DNA from: an uncultured Candidatus Rokubacteria bacterium
GTDB lineage: Bacteria; Methylomirabilota; Methylomirabilia; Rokubacteriales; DASRDR01
Reading direction: 5' to 3'
Assembly: GCA_963826115.1 (NCBI GenBank)
Contig: CAWGVS010000012.1
Coordinates: 320,001 to 384,000, forward strand
DNA length: 64,000 nucleotides
The translations under genes and the position numbers were made by a program. The notes below the pieces were generated by a model. It worked only from the letters and a program-made list of their open reading frames with translations, was not told where the DNA came from and ran no database searches. Positions within the stretch are counted from its first letter, which is position 1, and the number at the start of each line of letters is the position of its first letter. Positions 11,287 to 22,052 of this stretch are shown in pieces.

Positions 11287-13704
11287 TCAGCCGATCAGGC
11301 GGTCGACGAGGAGGACGGCCATCGGCTTCGCGCGGCGCCCGACCTCGTTCACCGGTCCGACGCACGACGGGCAGCCAGCGCGGCACGGGCAGGCGCGGAG
11401 CGTCTCGCGCGCGCGGGCGAGAAGGGGCCCGACCAGGTCGAACAGGCGCTCGGTCAGGCCAACCCCGCCCGGCTGGCTGTCATAGAGGTAGATGGTGGGC
11501 TCGAACGCCTCCGCGGCGAGGAGCCGCGCTCGCGTCCGCTCCGTGGTGAGGACCCGCGGGCCCCGGGGCGCGTCGCGACCCGGCTCGGGCGGGGCGGCAT
11601 CCCCGAGCCACGAGCCGAGGTCCCGCACGTCGCACATGAGGAAGAGCGGCGCCAGGTGGTGGAGGAGGTAGGACAGGCCGCGCAGGCCGTCGACGAGCGC
11701 GTCGCGGTCCGGGGAGAGCGCCGCCAGCACGTCGGGGCGCACGGTCAGCCAGAGACCCGCCGTCTGCATCTCCTGCTGCGGCAGCTCCACCTGGCCCGCG
11801 CCCACGTTCTCCATCGTGTCGAACTTGATCTTCTTGAAGCCCACCACCTGCTCGGCCACCAGGAGCTCGCCCTGCTCGGCGCGGCCCGCGGCCGCAGGCC
11901 CGGTGGCGCCGATCTGGAACCGATCGAGCGCCCAGACACCCTTCGCCGTCACCGCGTCCGTGAAGTAGTCGACCTTGACGCGCTTGACGTAGGCGACCTT
12001 CTCCTCGTCCTCCCGGAAGCGCAGCTCCTGCACCTCGAACTGCTGGCCCTCGATGAGGTAGATCGCCTTCGGGTGCACCATCGCGAAGGCGCTCCGCCAG
12101 TCGACCTCCGCGATCACCTCGCGCTTCCGGGTGAGCCGGCGGACGGACTCGACCGACTCGAGCGTCTGGTGGGTCGAGTCGATCACGACGAAGTTGTCGC
12201 TCGCCACACTCCGGAGCGAGAGATGGTCCGCGGGGTAGCTCTCGCTGGTCCAGTGGTAGCGGCCGCCGGTCCGGTGGAGGAGCCCCTCCTCCTCGAGCAG
12301 GTGGAGGTAGCGGCCGACATCCTCGGCGCCGAAGGGCTCGTCCTCGCCGAAGGGCAGCTCGAACGCCGCGCACTTCAGGTGGCTCGCCAGGACGTAGGGA
12401 TTGTCGGGATTGATCAGCCCGTGCTCGGGAGGCGACCCGAAGAAGTAGTCGGGATGGGTGACGATGAACTGGTCGAGGGGCGCCGAGGAGGCCACCAGCA
12501 CCGCCGCCGAGAGGCCCGAGCGCCGGCCCGCCCGGCCCGCCTGCTGCCAGGTCGACGCCACCGTCCCCGGGTACCCGGCCAGCACCGCCACGTCGAGCCG
12601 GCCGATGTCGATGCCGAGCTCGAGGGCGTTCGTCGACACCACGCCCAGGACGTCGCCCGCGCGCAGACCCCGCTCCACCTCGCGCCGCCGGTTCGGGAGG
12701 TACCCGCCGCGGTAGCCGCGGATCACGTCGGTGAACGCGGGCGGGCGCTCCACGGCCGCCTTGAGGTCGGTCAGGACGACCTCCTCCGCGAGCCGGCTCC
12801 CGGTGAAGACGATGGTCGGCACCCGGGCGCGGAGGATCGGCGTCGCGAGCCGGCTTGCCTCCTTGAGGTACGGGCGGCGGATGCCGAGCTCGGCGTTGAC
12901 GACCGGCGGGTTGTAGAAGACGACGACCTTCTCCCCGGCGGGCGCGCCGTTCTCCGCGACCAGGCTCACCGGCGCCCCGATGAGCCGCTCGGCCAGCTCC
13001 TGGGGGTTGGCGATCGTCGCGGACGTGCAGATGAACTGCGGGGCGGCGCCGTAGTGCCGGCAGATCCGCTGGAGCCGGCGGAGCACGTTGGCCAGGTGGC
13101 TCCCGAACACCCCGCGGTAGGTGTGGAGCTCGTCGATGACGACGTAGCGGAGGTTCTGGAACAACCCGATCCACTTCGTGTGGTGCGGCAGGATCCCCGA
13201 GTGGAGCATGTCGGGGTTCGTCAGCACCACGTTGGCCCGGGCCCGGACCGCGCGCCGCGCGTCCTGGGGCGTGTCCCCGTCGTAGGTGTGGATCCGGAGA
13301 GCGGGAAGCGCGCGCGCCAGCTCCTCCAGCTCCGCCAGCTGGTCCTGGGCGAGCGCCTTGGTGGGAAAGAGGTAGAGGGCCCGCGTCGCGGACTCCGTCA
13401 CGAGCGCCTGGAGAACGGGGAGGTTGTAGCAGAGCGTCTTGCCGGACGCGGTGGGCGTCACCACCACGCAGTGGCCGCCCTTCCCGAGAACGTCGAGTGT
13501 CTTCGCCTGGTGGGTGTAGAGGGCCTCGACGCCCCGGGCGCGCAGCGCGACGGCGAGATCGGAGTCGATCGTGTCGGGAATCGGGGCCGTCTCGGCCGGC
13601 CGCGGCGGGAACCGGCGAAGGGCCGTCACGGCCCCGCCCGATTCAGCCACCAGGCGGTCGATCAGGTCGGCGAGGTCGACGCGCGGTTCCCCGGGCCCCG
13701 CCAT
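11287..13704 (-). CDS. DEAD/DEAH helicase with DUF1998 (MrfA/YprA/Hrq1-like)
   Basis: PTASGKT, DELH, QQAGRAGRR; C-terminal C-x-C-x3-C-x2-C. Confidence 0.92.
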   Translation of the reverse strand: MAGPGEPRVDLADLIDRLVAESGGAVTALRRFPPRPAETAPIPDTIDSDLAVALRARGVEALYTHQAKTLDVLGKGGHCVVVTPTASGKTLCYNLPVLQALVTESATRALYLFPTKALAQDQLAELEELARALPALRIHTYDGDTPQDARRAVRARANVVLTNPDMLHSGILPHHTKWIGLFQNLRYVVIDELHTYRGVFGSHLANVLRRLQRICRHYGAAPQFICTSATIANPQELAERLIGAPVSLVAENGAPAGEKVVVFYNPPVVNAELGIRRPYLKEASRLATPILRARVPTIVFTGSRLAEEVVLTDLKAAVERPPAFTDVIRGYRGGYLPNRRREVERGLRAGDVLGVVSTNALELGIDIGRLDVAVLAGYPGTVASTWQQAGRAGRRSGLSAAVLVASSAPLDQFIVTHPDYFFGSPPEHGLINPDNPYVLASHLKCAAFELPFGEDEPFGAEDVGRYLHLLEEEGLLHRTGGRYHWTSESYPADHLSLRSVASDNFVVIDSTHQTLESVESVRRLTRKREVIAEVDWRSAFAMVHPKAIYLIEGQQFEVQELRFREDEEKVAYVKRVKVDYFTDAVTAKGVWALDRFQIGATGPAAAGRAEQGELLVAEQVVGFKKIKFDTMENVGAGQVELPQQEMQTAGLWLTVRPDVLAALSPDRDALVDGLRGLSYLLHHLAPLFLMCDVRDLGSWLGDAAPPEPGRDAPRGPRVLTTERTRARLLAAEAFEPTIYLYDSQPGGVGLTERLFDLVGPLLARARETLRACPCRAGCPSCVGPVNEVGRRAKPMAVLLVDRLIG

Positions 13705-13775
13705 CTCGCGTCATCTTAGGAGTCGCGCGCGAACGTTGTCAACGTTCGGGCGTCGCGGTTGAATAGACGATCGCG

Positions 13776-14411
13776 ATGCGTGCCGACGATCCCGCTCCGC
13801 GCCGCCGCCGCCTGGCCCGCTTCCTGCCGCCGCTCCTCTGGATGGGGCTCATCGCGCTCGGCTCCTCGAGCCTCCTCTCGGGCGGCCGGACCGGTCAGTG
13901 GATGTTGGGGCTCCTGGCACAGCTCGCGCCGTGGGCCAGCCCGGCGCTCCTCGACGCGGCGCACCTCGGGCTCCGGAAGGTCGGCCACCTCGGCGAGTTC
14001 GGCGTCCTCGCGATCCTCTGGCACCGGGCCCTCGCCCCCGCGCCGCGGGCCACGCTGACGGCCTTCCTCCTGACCGCGGCCTACGGCGGCCTCGACGAGC
14101 TCCGGCAGGGCCTCGACCCGAGCCGCGTGCCGGCAGCGACCGACGTCCTGGTCGATGCGATCGGCGCGTGGATCGCCCTCGCCGCGTGGACGGGCGCGGC
14201 CGGGCTCAGGGCGGCGACCCTCCGGGCGGCCGCGTGGGGCGCGGGGGTCCTCGCGGGGCTGGGCGGGCTCGGCGCCGCCCTCGACGTGGCGCTCGGCCGG
14301 CCGGCGGCGGACGTCGCCGTCGCGGCCCTGGGTCTCGCGGCGCTCGCCGTCGGCCTGACGCGGCTCGCGCGCGGCGGGCGGCCGCGCGCTGCGCCTGCCG
14401 GGCGCCCCTAG
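13776..14411 (+). CDS. VanZ-family membrane protein
   Basis: RKVGHLGEFGVL, DELRQ..P.R, DVLVD motifs. Confidence 0.85.
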   Translation: MRADDPAPRRRRLARFLPPLLWMGLIALGSSSLLSGGRTGQWMLGLLAQLAPWASPALLDAAHLGLRKVGHLGEFGVLAILWHRALAPAPRATLTAFLLTAAYGGLDELRQGLDPSRVPAATDVLVDAIGAWIALAAWTGAAGLRAATLRAAAWGAGVLAGLGGLGAALDVALGRPAADVAVAALGLAALAVGLTRLARGGRPRAAPAGRP

Positions 14412-15775
14412 GCGACGCGGTCCAGGCGGACGACGACCTCGATGTGGGGGGTGTGCGGAAACATGTCCACGGGCTGGACCCTGGTCACCCGGTAGCTCGC
14501 CGCGCACAAGATCGCCAGGTCCCGGGCGAGCGTCCCGGGATTGCAGGACACGTAGACGATGCGGCCGGCGGCGAGTGTGGCCAGGCTGCGGAGCGCCTTC
14601 GGGTGGAACCCCGCGCGGGGGGGATCCGCCACCACCACGTCGGCCCGCACGCCGCGCTGGAGGAGATCCGGGAGCACGTGGCGGACCTCGCCGGGCAGGA
14701 ACGTGCAGTTCGTGATCCCGTTCTCCCGCGCGTTCCGCGCCGCGTCGTCGATCGCGGCCGGCACCAGCTCGATCCCGTAGACCTGGCGCGCGTGGCGCGC
14801 CAGGAGGAGGCTGATCGCCCCCGTGCCCGCGTAGAGGTCGAGGACCGTCTCCTGACCGGTGAGCCCGGCGTACTCCGCCACGATCGCGAACAGGCGCTCG
14901 GCCTGGCGGGTGTTCGTCTGGAAGAAGGAGTTGGCCGAGATCGAGAACACGAGGTCGCCGAGCCGCTCCCGGATCGTCTCGGCGCCGGCGATCGGGTGCT
15001 CCTCGACGCCGACCGCGACCGCGGCCTTCTTCGGATTCACGTTGAGGACGATCGAGGTCACGTGCGGGCACCGCTCGCGAAGGCGGTCCGCGAGCGCCCG
15101 CGCGGTCGCCACATCGGGTGAGGCGGTGACCAGGTTGACCATCGCGTCGCCGGTCTGCCGCCCCTCGCGGAGCATGAGGAAGCGCAGCAGCCCCTCCTCG
15201 GTCGCCTGCCGGTAAACGCTCCAGCGCCGCTCGCGCACGAAGGCGCGCACCTCGGCCAGCACGGCGTTCATGCCGTCGGACTGGAGGAGGCAGCGCTCGA
15301 CGTCCAGAATCGCGTCGTAGCGCTCCGCCTCGTGGAGCCCCACCACCGGCTGGCCGTCGACCTCGGCGAACGTGAACTCCATCTTGTTGCGGTAGCCGTA
15401 GACCTCGGGCGCCCCGAGGATGGGGGACACCGCCACGTCGCCGAGGCCGCCGAGCCGCGCGAGGCAATCGACGACCTGGCGCTGCTTGAACTCGAGCTGC
15501 GCCTCGTAGCGGACGTGCTGGAGGCGGCAGCCGCCGCAGCGCCCGAAGTACGGGCACGGGGGGTCGGTGCGGAGGTCGGAGGCGCGGTCGACGCGCTCGA
15601 TTACGCCGCGGGCGAACCGTGGCCGGACCTGGGTCAGCCGGACGTCGACGCGGTCGCCCGGCACCCCGCCGGGGACGAACACGACGTAACCGCCCGCCCG
15701 CGCGACGCCCTCGCCCCCAAACGCCAGGTCCGTCACGTCCACGGTCAGGAGGTCGCCGCGCCGCGCCGTGGCCAT
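14408..15775 (-). CDS. rlmD: 23S rRNA (uracil-1939-C5)-methyltransferase
   Basis: TRAM domain, CPYFGRCGGC, SFFQTN, DPPRAG, YVSCNP, DMFPHTPHIE. Confidence 0.93.
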   Translation of the reverse strand: MATARRGDLLTVDVTDLAFGGEGVARAGGYVVFVPGGVPGDRVDVRLTQVRPRFARGVIERVDRASDLRTDPPCPYFGRCGGCRLQHVRYEAQLEFKQRQVVDCLARLGGLGDVAVSPILGAPEVYGYRNKMEFTFAEVDGQPVVGLHEAERYDAILDVERCLLQSDGMNAVLAEVRAFVRERRWSVYRQATEEGLLRFLMLREGRQTGDAMVNLVTASPDVATARALADRLRERCPHVTSIVLNVNPKKAAVAVGVEEHPIAGAETIRERLGDLVFSISANSFFQTNTRQAERLFAIVAEYAGLTGQETVLDLYAGTGAISLLLARHARQVYGIELVPAAIDDAARNARENGITNCTFLPGEVRHVLPDLLQRGVRADVVVADPPRAGFHPKALRSLATLAAGRIVYVSCNPGTLARDLAILCAASYRVTRVQPVDMFPHTPHIEVVVRLDRVA

Positions 15776-15859
15776 GGTGCCCAGCATGCTACGGCAGGCC
15801 CCCAGTGCCGTCAACGCGCGCGCCCGTATGATACGATTATGGGCCGAGCTTTCGATGGC

Positions 15860-17161
15860 ATGAATGCTCAAGACCCCCCGGCGGTCTCACCGGCTCGCGC
15901 ACGGTACGCGCTGGGAGTGCTGTTCACGATCAACCTCTTCAACTACGTCGACCGGCAGGTCATCTCGGGCGTCCTCCCGCTCGTCCAGCAGGACCTTCGG
16001 CTGTCGGACACCGCCCTCGGGTGGCTCGCCTCCGCCTTCATGATCTTGTACCTGGCGGGGTCGGTCCCGCTCGGCATCCTGGGGGATCGGGTCGCCCGGA
16101 ACCGGCTCATCGCGGTGGGTATCGGGGTCTGGAGCGTGGCGACCTTCCTGTCCGGCCTCGCGCGCTCGTACGGGCAGCTCTTCGCCGCGCGCGCGGTCGT
16201 GGGCATCGGCGAGGCGTCCTACGGTCCCACGGCCAGCGCGATGGTCTCCGACCTCTTCCCGCGCGAGCGCCGCGGCTTCGTCAACGCCCTGTTCAACGCG
16301 GCCATTCCACTAGGCGGCGCGATCGGCGTGATCGCCGGCGGCCTGGTGGGTTCCCGCTACGGCTGGCGCGCCGCCTTCCTCCTAGTCGGCCTGCCGAGCC
16401 TCGCGCTCACCGTCCTGGCCTGGCGCCTCGGCGACCCGATGCGGGGCGCGCAGGACCGGCTGCCCTCCGCGGAAAGCGTGCCGCCCGTCGGGCTCTTCGA
16501 GGGCGTCGTGGGGCTCTTCCGCACGCCGACGTTCGTGATGGTCTGCGCGGTCGGCATGCTGGTCGCGTTCGCGATCGGCGCCTTCAACCACTGGCTCCCG
16601 CTCTACCTCCACCGCGTCAAGCAGTTCTCGGTGACCGAGGCCAGCTTCTGGTTCGGCATCCTGTCGGCGACAGGGGGATTCCTCGGGGTGGTGACCGGCG
16701 GCTACGTCGGCGACATGCTGGCGCGCCGCACCCCGGCGGGGCACCTCATCACGATCGCCGTGGGATTCCTGCTGGCGGCGCCCGCGGGCATCGTGATGAT
16801 GCTCGCCCAGAACCGCGCGATCTTCCTGCCGGCCCTGTTCTTCGCGGTGGCGTTCCTGGTGCTCTACATCGGCAGCGTCAACGCCGTGATCCACAACGTC
16901 GTGCACCCGACGCTGCGCGCGACGGCCGTCGCGATCTTCGTGTTCGTCATCAACCTTGGCGGGACGGCCCTGTCGCCCGCCATCGTCGGGCTCATCTCGG
17001 ACCGGCGCCAGTCGCTCCAGGCCGCCATGCTGATGCTGCCGGTCCTCGTGTTCTTCGCCGGCCTGATCGCGCTGGCCGCCGCGAGCGTCGTCGGCGCGGA
17101 CATGCGCCGGCTCGCGAACGGGCTCCGGCTCAATCCCGAGGGCGACGTGCCCCGTGGCTGA
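15860..17161 (+). CDS. MFS transporter (spinster-like)
   Basis: NLFNYVDRQ, GILGDRVARN, VGIGEAS; about 12 TM segments. Confidence 0.9.
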   Translation: MNAQDPPAVSPARARYALGVLFTINLFNYVDRQVISGVLPLVQQDLRLSDTALGWLASAFMILYLAGSVPLGILGDRVARNRLIAVGIGVWSVATFLSGLARSYGQLFAARAVVGIGEASYGPTASAMVSDLFPRERRGFVNALFNAAIPLGGAIGVIAGGLVGSRYGWRAAFLLVGLPSLALTVLAWRLGDPMRGAQDRLPSAESVPPVGLFEGVVGLFRTPTFVMVCAVGMLVAFAIGAFNHWLPLYLHRVKQFSVTEASFWFGILSATGGFLGVVTGGYVGDMLARRTPAGHLITIAVGFLLAAPAGIVMMLAQNRAIFLPALFFAVAFLVLYIGSVNAVIHNVVHPTLRATAVAIFVFVINLGGTALSPAIVGLISDRRQSLQAAMLMLPVLVFFAGLIALAAASVVGADMRRLANGLRLNPEGDVPRG

Positions 17162-17492
17162 GCCGGTGCGGGTCGGCGAGCTGCTGGGAAACCTGCCGGG
17201 GCTCCAGGACTGGCTGGCCGAGGCCCGGCTGATCGCGGCCTGGCCGACGATCGCGGGGCCCGCCGGCGCGCGCTCGCGCGCGGAGGTCGTGGACCAGGGC
17301 ATTCTGCAGGTGGCGGTGGACGGCTCGGGCTGGCTCCACCGGCTCACGCTGGAAGAGCCGCGGCTGATCACGCGCTGTCGCGAGATCGCCGCGATCCGAG
17401 GGATTCGCTTCCGGTTGGCTACGCCTCCGGGCGCGGCGGCGCAGGCCGCCCGGCCCCATTCGCCGGAGGTCGAGGGAGAGGTGCGTCCATGA
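17154..17492 (+). CDS. DUF721/DciA-family protein
   Basis: W..IAG...L.V.VD.S.W...L pattern. Confidence 0.75.
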   Translation: MAEPVRVGELLGNLPGLQDWLAEARLIAAWPTIAGPAGARSRAEVVDQGILQVAVDGSGWLHRLTLEEPRLITRCREIAAIRGIRFRLATPPGAAAQAARPHSPEVEGEVRP

Positions 17493-19240
17493 TGGTGGTG
17501 AGACGGCGAGGAGTCCTGGGCGTGCTCGTCACGCTCCTGTTCCTGGGGTGTGCCGCCGGGCCCAACTCCGGGGGCATCGCCCCCGAGTCCGGCACGGCCG
17601 CGGAGCGCAACCGGGCGGCGATGGAGCGACCGGCGGATCCGATCGCCTACCTCCACCTGGTCCGGGCCCACTACTACGCGGAGGCCGCCGAGTGGCCGCA
17701 GGCCGTGGCTGAGCTCCGCCGGGCCATCGACCGCGATCCGCGGTCGGCGACGCTCTGGCACACCCTCGCGCGCTGGCTCGAGCGCCAGGGCGCCCACACC
17801 GAGGCGGTGACGGCGGCCAAGGAGGCCATCGCCCTCGACCCGAAGCGCGCCGGCGTCTACCTCACGCTCGCCGAGGCGTACCATGCGCAGAAGAACGAGG
17901 CCGAGGCGATCGCCACCCTCGAGCAGGCGATCCGGCTGAACCCGAAGGCCGCCGAGCCGTACGAGATCCAGGCGCGCTACGCGGCGGAGCGGAAGGACTA
18001 CGCCAAGGCCTCGCAGGCCCTCGAGCGGCTCCTCCAGGTCCAGCCCCAGCACGCCCGCGCGCACTTCCTGCTGGGCCGGCTCGCGATCGACCGTGAGGCG
18101 TGGGATGACGCCCTCCCCCACCTCCGGCGGGCGGTCGAGATCGATTCCGACCTGGACGCCGCCTGGGCGGCGCTGGCCTTCGTCTACGAGCAGCAGAAGA
18201 AGCCCGAGGACGCGGTGCGCGTCTACCTGGACGCGATCGACGCGAATCCCGACAATCTCGCGCTCCGCGACCGGCTGGGCGAGCTGCAGGTCCGGCTCGG
18301 CAACCTGGCCGGCGCCGGCGAGGCCTTCCAGGGCATGGTCGACCAGTCGCCCGGCGACCCGCGCGCCTGGATGAAGCTGGGCGCGGTCTACTACGAGCAG
18401 AAGCTCTACGACCGCGCGATCGAGGCGTTTCAGCGGGCCCTCGCGCTCGAGCCGGGGAACCTCCGCGCGCGCTTCTACCTCGCCTCCTCCTACCTCGACG
18501 CCGGCCGCGAGGGCGAGGCGCTCGAGGCCCTCAACGAGGTCCTGCGCTCCGACCCGAAGAACGTGGACGCGCGGCTGCAGCTCGGGTTCCTCCACAGCCG
18601 GGCGAAGCGCTACGACGAGGCGGTCCGGGTCCTGACCGAGGCGGCGAACCTCGACCCGCGCCGGCCAGACATCTTCCTCTACCTCGGCATGGCGCACTAT
18701 CGCGCCGGGCGCTACGACCAGGCGGCCCGGGCGTACGAGGAGGGGCTCGCGCTCGACGAGACCCACAAGGACCTCCACTTCCAGATGGGCGTCGTCTACG
18801 AGAAGCAGGGGCGGTTCGACCAGTCCGTGGCGGAGTTCCGGCGCGTCATCGCGCTCGACCCGAAGCACGCCGAGGCCTACAACTACGTCGGCTACATGCT
18901 CGCGGAAAAGGGCATCCGTCTGGACGAGGCGGAGCGCCTGATCCGGAAGGCGCTCGAGCTCGAGCCCGAGAACGGCTACTACATCGACAGCCTGGGCTGG
19001 GCGTACTACCAGCAGGGGCGCTACGTCGAGGCCGTCCGGGAGCTCCGGCGCGCGGTGGAGCTCACGCGCGGCAAGGACGACGCCGTCATCTACGATCACC
19101 TCGGCGAGGCGTACCTGAAGACCGGCGACACTCCGGCGGCGCTCTCGGCCTGGGAGAAGTCGCTCGAGCTCGACCCCGCCAACGACGCCGTCCGCCAGAA
19201 GATCCAGGGGACCCGCCAGACGCAAGAAGGCAAGAAGTAA
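17489..19240 (+). CDS. TPR-repeat lipoprotein
   Basis: Lipobox-like LFLGC; many TPRs; NYVGY..A, YIDSLGWAYY; canonical position upstream of lolB-ispE. Confidence 0.9.
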   Translation: MMVVRRRGVLGVLVTLLFLGCAAGPNSGGIAPESGTAAERNRAAMERPADPIAYLHLVRAHYYAEAAEWPQAVAELRRAIDRDPRSATLWHTLARWLERQGAHTEAVTAAKEAIALDPKRAGVYLTLAEAYHAQKNEAEAIATLEQAIRLNPKAAEPYEIQARYAAERKDYAKASQALERLLQVQPQHARAHFLLGRLAIDREAWDDALPHLRRAVEIDSDLDAAWAALAFVYEQQKKPEDAVRVYLDAIDANPDNLALRDRLGELQVRLGNLAGAGEAFQGMVDQSPGDPRAWMKLGAVYYEQKLYDRAIEAFQRALALEPGNLRARFYLASSYLDAGREGEALEALNEVLRSDPKNVDARLQLGFLHSRAKRYDEAVRVLTEAANLDPRRPDIFLYLGMAHYRAGRYDQAARAYEEGLALDETHKDLHFQMGVVYEKQGRFDQSVAEFRRVIALDPKHAEAYNYVGYMLAEKGIRLDEAERLIRKALELEPENGYYIDSLGWAYYQQGRYVEAVRELRRAVELTRGKDDAVIYDHLGEAYLKTGDTPAALSAWEKSLELDPANDAVRQKIQGTRQTQEGKK

Positions 19241-19241
19241 G

Positions 19242-20024
19242 GTGCGGGCCGGAGGGCGGCGCGGCGCGCGGCGGGCCGCCGCCCTCCTGGCGCTCCCGCT
19301 CCTCCTCGCCGCGTGCGCGACGCCCCGTCCGGCGCCGCCGGCCGCCGCCCCCATCACGGCCAGCCAGGCCGTCGAGCTCGCCCAGCGGTGGGCCGCGGAA
19401 TGGGAAGGCTTCCAGGGTATGCGGGGCGCGATCGACCTCACGGTCAAGAACCGCCGGGAGAGCCAGCGCGTGTCGGCGCTCCTCATGGCGTCGCCCACCG
19501 CGCTCCGCGTCGACGTCATGACGCCGTTCGGGCTGCCCGCGCTGGTCGCGACCGCCGGGCCCGACGACATCACGATCTTCCGCGTGCTGGAGCGGCGCGT
19601 CCAGACCGCCCGGCCTTCGCCGGAGGCCGTCGAGCGATGGCTCGGCGTCCCGGTGGCGCCGGCCACACTCATCCGGCTCCTGGTCGGGAACGTCCCCCCG
19701 CCCGTGGATCCGCGCACGGTCACTGTCGAGGGCGTACCCAGCCCTCACATCGTGTGGACGGAGGGCGGCATCCGGCACCGCGTCTGGGTGACCGGTGAGG
19801 GCCGCCCGGCGCGGCTCCTCCTGGAGGCGCCCGGGGGCGCCGACCGCCTTGCCGCAGAGTACGAGTGGAGCGAGGCGGGCGGCCTCGTCGGCCTGCGCCT
19901 CGATGCCCCGGAGCGCGGAGCCGAGGTCATCGTCCGCTATCTCTCCGCCGAGTACGTCGAAAACCCGCCCGAGTCGTTCCGCCTGGCGCTGCCGTCGGAC
20001 ATTCCAGTCCAGCGGCTCGATTGA
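19242..20024 (+). CDS. LolB-like/DUF4292 lipoprotein
   Basis: Lipobox LLAAC; LRVDVMTPFG; position between TPR gene and ispE. Confidence 0.65.
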   Translation: MRAGGRRGARRAAALLALPLLLAACATPRPAPPAAAPITASQAVELAQRWAAEWEGFQGMRGAIDLTVKNRRESQRVSALLMASPTALRVDVMTPFGLPALVATAGPDDITIFRVLERRVQTARPSPEAVERWLGVPVAPATLIRLLVGNVPPPVDPRTVTVEGVPSPHIVWTEGGIRHRVWVTGEGRPARLLLEAPGGADRLAAEYEWSEAGGLVGLRLDAPERGAEVIVRYLSAEYVENPPESFRLALPSDIPVQRLD

Positions 20025-20049
20025 CAGGAACTCTGCGTCGTGTTAGGGT
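20021..20049 (+). promoter_or_regulatory. Sigma70 promoter upstream of ispE
   Basis: TTGACA-N17-TAGGGT with extended TG; implies the ispE start may lie downstream of 20040. Confidence 0.55.
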
Positions 20050-20975
20050 TTTCGGCGCTCTCCAGCGGGCGGGTGGAGGTCCGGGCGCGAGCCAAGATCA
20101 ACCTGGGGTTGGAGGTGCTCGGGCGGCGGACTGATGGCTATCACGAGCTCCGCTCCGTCATGTGGGCCGTCGAGCTGGCGGATCGGGTCACCCTCGAGAC
20201 CGGTGACCAGGGTATCTCGCTCGAGTGCGAGGCGCCTGACGTTCCCAATACTCCGGACAACCTCGCGTGGCGGGCCGCCGAGCTCGTGCGGCGGGAGACG
20301 GGCACGGTGAGCGGGCTCCGCATTCGGATCGACAAGCGCATCCCGGTAGCGGCCGGCCTGGGTGGCGGGTCGAGTGATGCCGCCGCGGTGCTCGCCGGCT
20401 TCCAGTGCCTTCGGGGCCGGCGGCTCGCCCCTCGGCGGCTCGGGCCTCTGGCGGTGGCGCTGGGGATGGACGTACCCTTCTTTCTGGGACGAAGCCCGGC
20501 ACTGGCGTGCGGACGGGGCGAGGTGCTGCGGCCGGTCCGGACCGGCGGGGACCTGTCCCTGGTGCTGGTCAACCCGGGCTTCCCGCTCGCGACCCGGGAG
20601 GTGTACGGGCGGCTCGAGCCGGGCGACTACGGCGACGGGCAGCGGGTCGCGGCGCTGGCGGCCGCGCTCCGCGGCGGGGCGCGGGCCGTCGCGGCCACCG
20701 TGACGAACGGGCTCGAGCGCGCGGCCGCGCGGCTGTGGCCGGGGCTGGCGGAGGTGAAGGCCTCCCTGCTCGAGGCGGGTTGCCTGGCCGCCCTGATGTC
20801 GGGCAGCGGCCCGACCGTCGTCGGCGTGGCGCCCTCGGGGCGCGCAGCCCTGCGGGTCCGAGACGCGCTGGGGACGCGGCCCTGGCGGCTCTGGGTCACG
20901 CGGACGGTCACGGGCCCGGCCCTGTCGGTTCGGGGCCGGAAGGCCGGGACGACCTGGGGCGTGGCCAAGTGGTAA
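20040..20975 (+). CDS. ispE: 4-diphosphocytidyl-2C-methyl-D-erythritol kinase
   Basis: [31 protein letters not shown]; exact start uncertain. Confidence 0.95.
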   Translation: MLGFSALSSGRVEVRARAKINLGLEVLGRRTDGYHELRSVMWAVELADRVTLETGDQGISLECEAPDVPNTPDNLAWRAAELVRRETGTVSGLRIRIDKRIPVAAGLGGGSSDAAAVLAGFQCLRGRRLAPRRLGPLAVALGMDVPFFLGRSPALACGRGEVLRPVRTGGDLSLVLVNPGFPLATREVYGRLEPGDYGDGQRVAALAAALRGGARAVAATVTNGLERAAARLWPGLAEVKASLLEAGCLAALMSGSGPTVVGVAPSGRAALRVRDALGTRPWRLWVTRTVTGPALSVRGRKAGTTWGVAKW

Positions 20976-21029
20976 GGCGCGGGACTTTGGATCCCGTATT
21001 CGGAGGTTCGAATCCTCCCGCCCCAACCA
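20955..21029 (+). tRNA. tRNA-Gln(TTG)
   Basis: TGGGGCG/CGCCCCA acceptor, anticodon loop CTTTGGA, GGTTCGAATCC, CCA end. Confidence 0.97.
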
Positions 21030-21084
21030 TCCGCACGAAGCGCGGACCCGCCAGCGCGGGTCCCGTGAAGGAGTGGCAGGAGCC

Positions 21085-22023
21085 ATGCCATACGAGCTGA
21101 AGCTGTTCACGGGGAACGCGCACCACGCACTCGCGGAGGAGATCGCCGCCTGCCTGGGGGTCCCCCTCGGCCAGGCGGAGGTCACCCGGTTCTCCGACGG
21201 CGAGGTGTTCGTCCAGATCGACGAGAACGTCCGCGGCGCGGACGTCTTCATCGTCCAGCCCACCTGCCCCCCGGTGAACGACTCCCTGATGGAGCTCCTG
21301 GTGATGCTCGACGCCGTGAAGCGGGCCTCGGCGGCGCGGATCACGGCGGTGCTGCCCTACTACGGGTACGCGCGGCAGGACCGGAAGGTGCAGCCCCGGG
21401 TGCCGATCTCGGCCAAGCTCGTGGCCGACCTCATCACCGCGGCGGGCGCCCAGCGCGTCCTCGCCCTCGACCTCCACGCCGGCCAGATCCAGGGCTTCTT
21501 CAACATTCCGGTCGACCATCTCTTCGCGGCCCCCGTCGTGATCGACTACCTCGACCAGCGCGGCCTGTCCGACCCGGTGGTGGTGTCGCCCGACGCCGGC
21601 GGGGTCGAGCGGGCGCGGGCCATCGCGAAACGCCTCCGGGCGGGGCTCGCGATCATCGACAAGCGCCGCGACGGCCCGAACGTCGCCGTGTTCATGCACC
21701 TGATCGGCGACGTCAAGGGCCAGGACGCGATCATCATCGACGACATGATCGACACCGCGGGGACGCTGGTGCAGGCCGCCGACGCGCTCAAGCGCGAGGG
21801 TGCCCGACGCATCCTCGCCTGCGGCGTGCACGCGGTGCTCTCCGGGCCGGCGATGGCCCGGATCGAGGGCGCGCCGCTCGAGGAGGTCGTCGTCACCAAC
21901 TCGATTCCGCTCGGCAAGGACAAGCAGATTCCCAAGATGACGGTTCTCTCGGTCGCGCCCCTCCTGGCGGAGGCGATCCGGCGCATCCACGACGAGGAAT
22001 CGGTCTCCACTCTGTTCGTGTAG
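21085..22023 (+). CDS. prs: Ribose-phosphate pyrophosphokinase
   Basis: [35 protein letters not shown]. Confidence 0.98.
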   Translation: MPYELKLFTGNAHHALAEEIAACLGVPLGQAEVTRFSDGEVFVQIDENVRGADVFIVQPTCPPVNDSLMELLVMLDAVKRASAARITAVLPYYGYARQDRKVQPRVPISAKLVADLITAAGAQRVLALDLHAGQIQGFFNIPVDHLFAAPVVIDYLDQRGLSDPVVVSPDAGGVERARAIAKRLRAGLAIIDKRRDGPNVAVFMHLIGDVKGQDAIIIDDMIDTAGTLVQAADALKREGARRILACGVHAVLSGPAMARIEGAPLEEVVVTNSIPLGKDKQIPKMTVLSVAPLLAEAIRRIHDEESVSTLFV

Positions 22024-22052
22024 GCGCCGGACGCGCCAAGGAGAGGTCAGCC

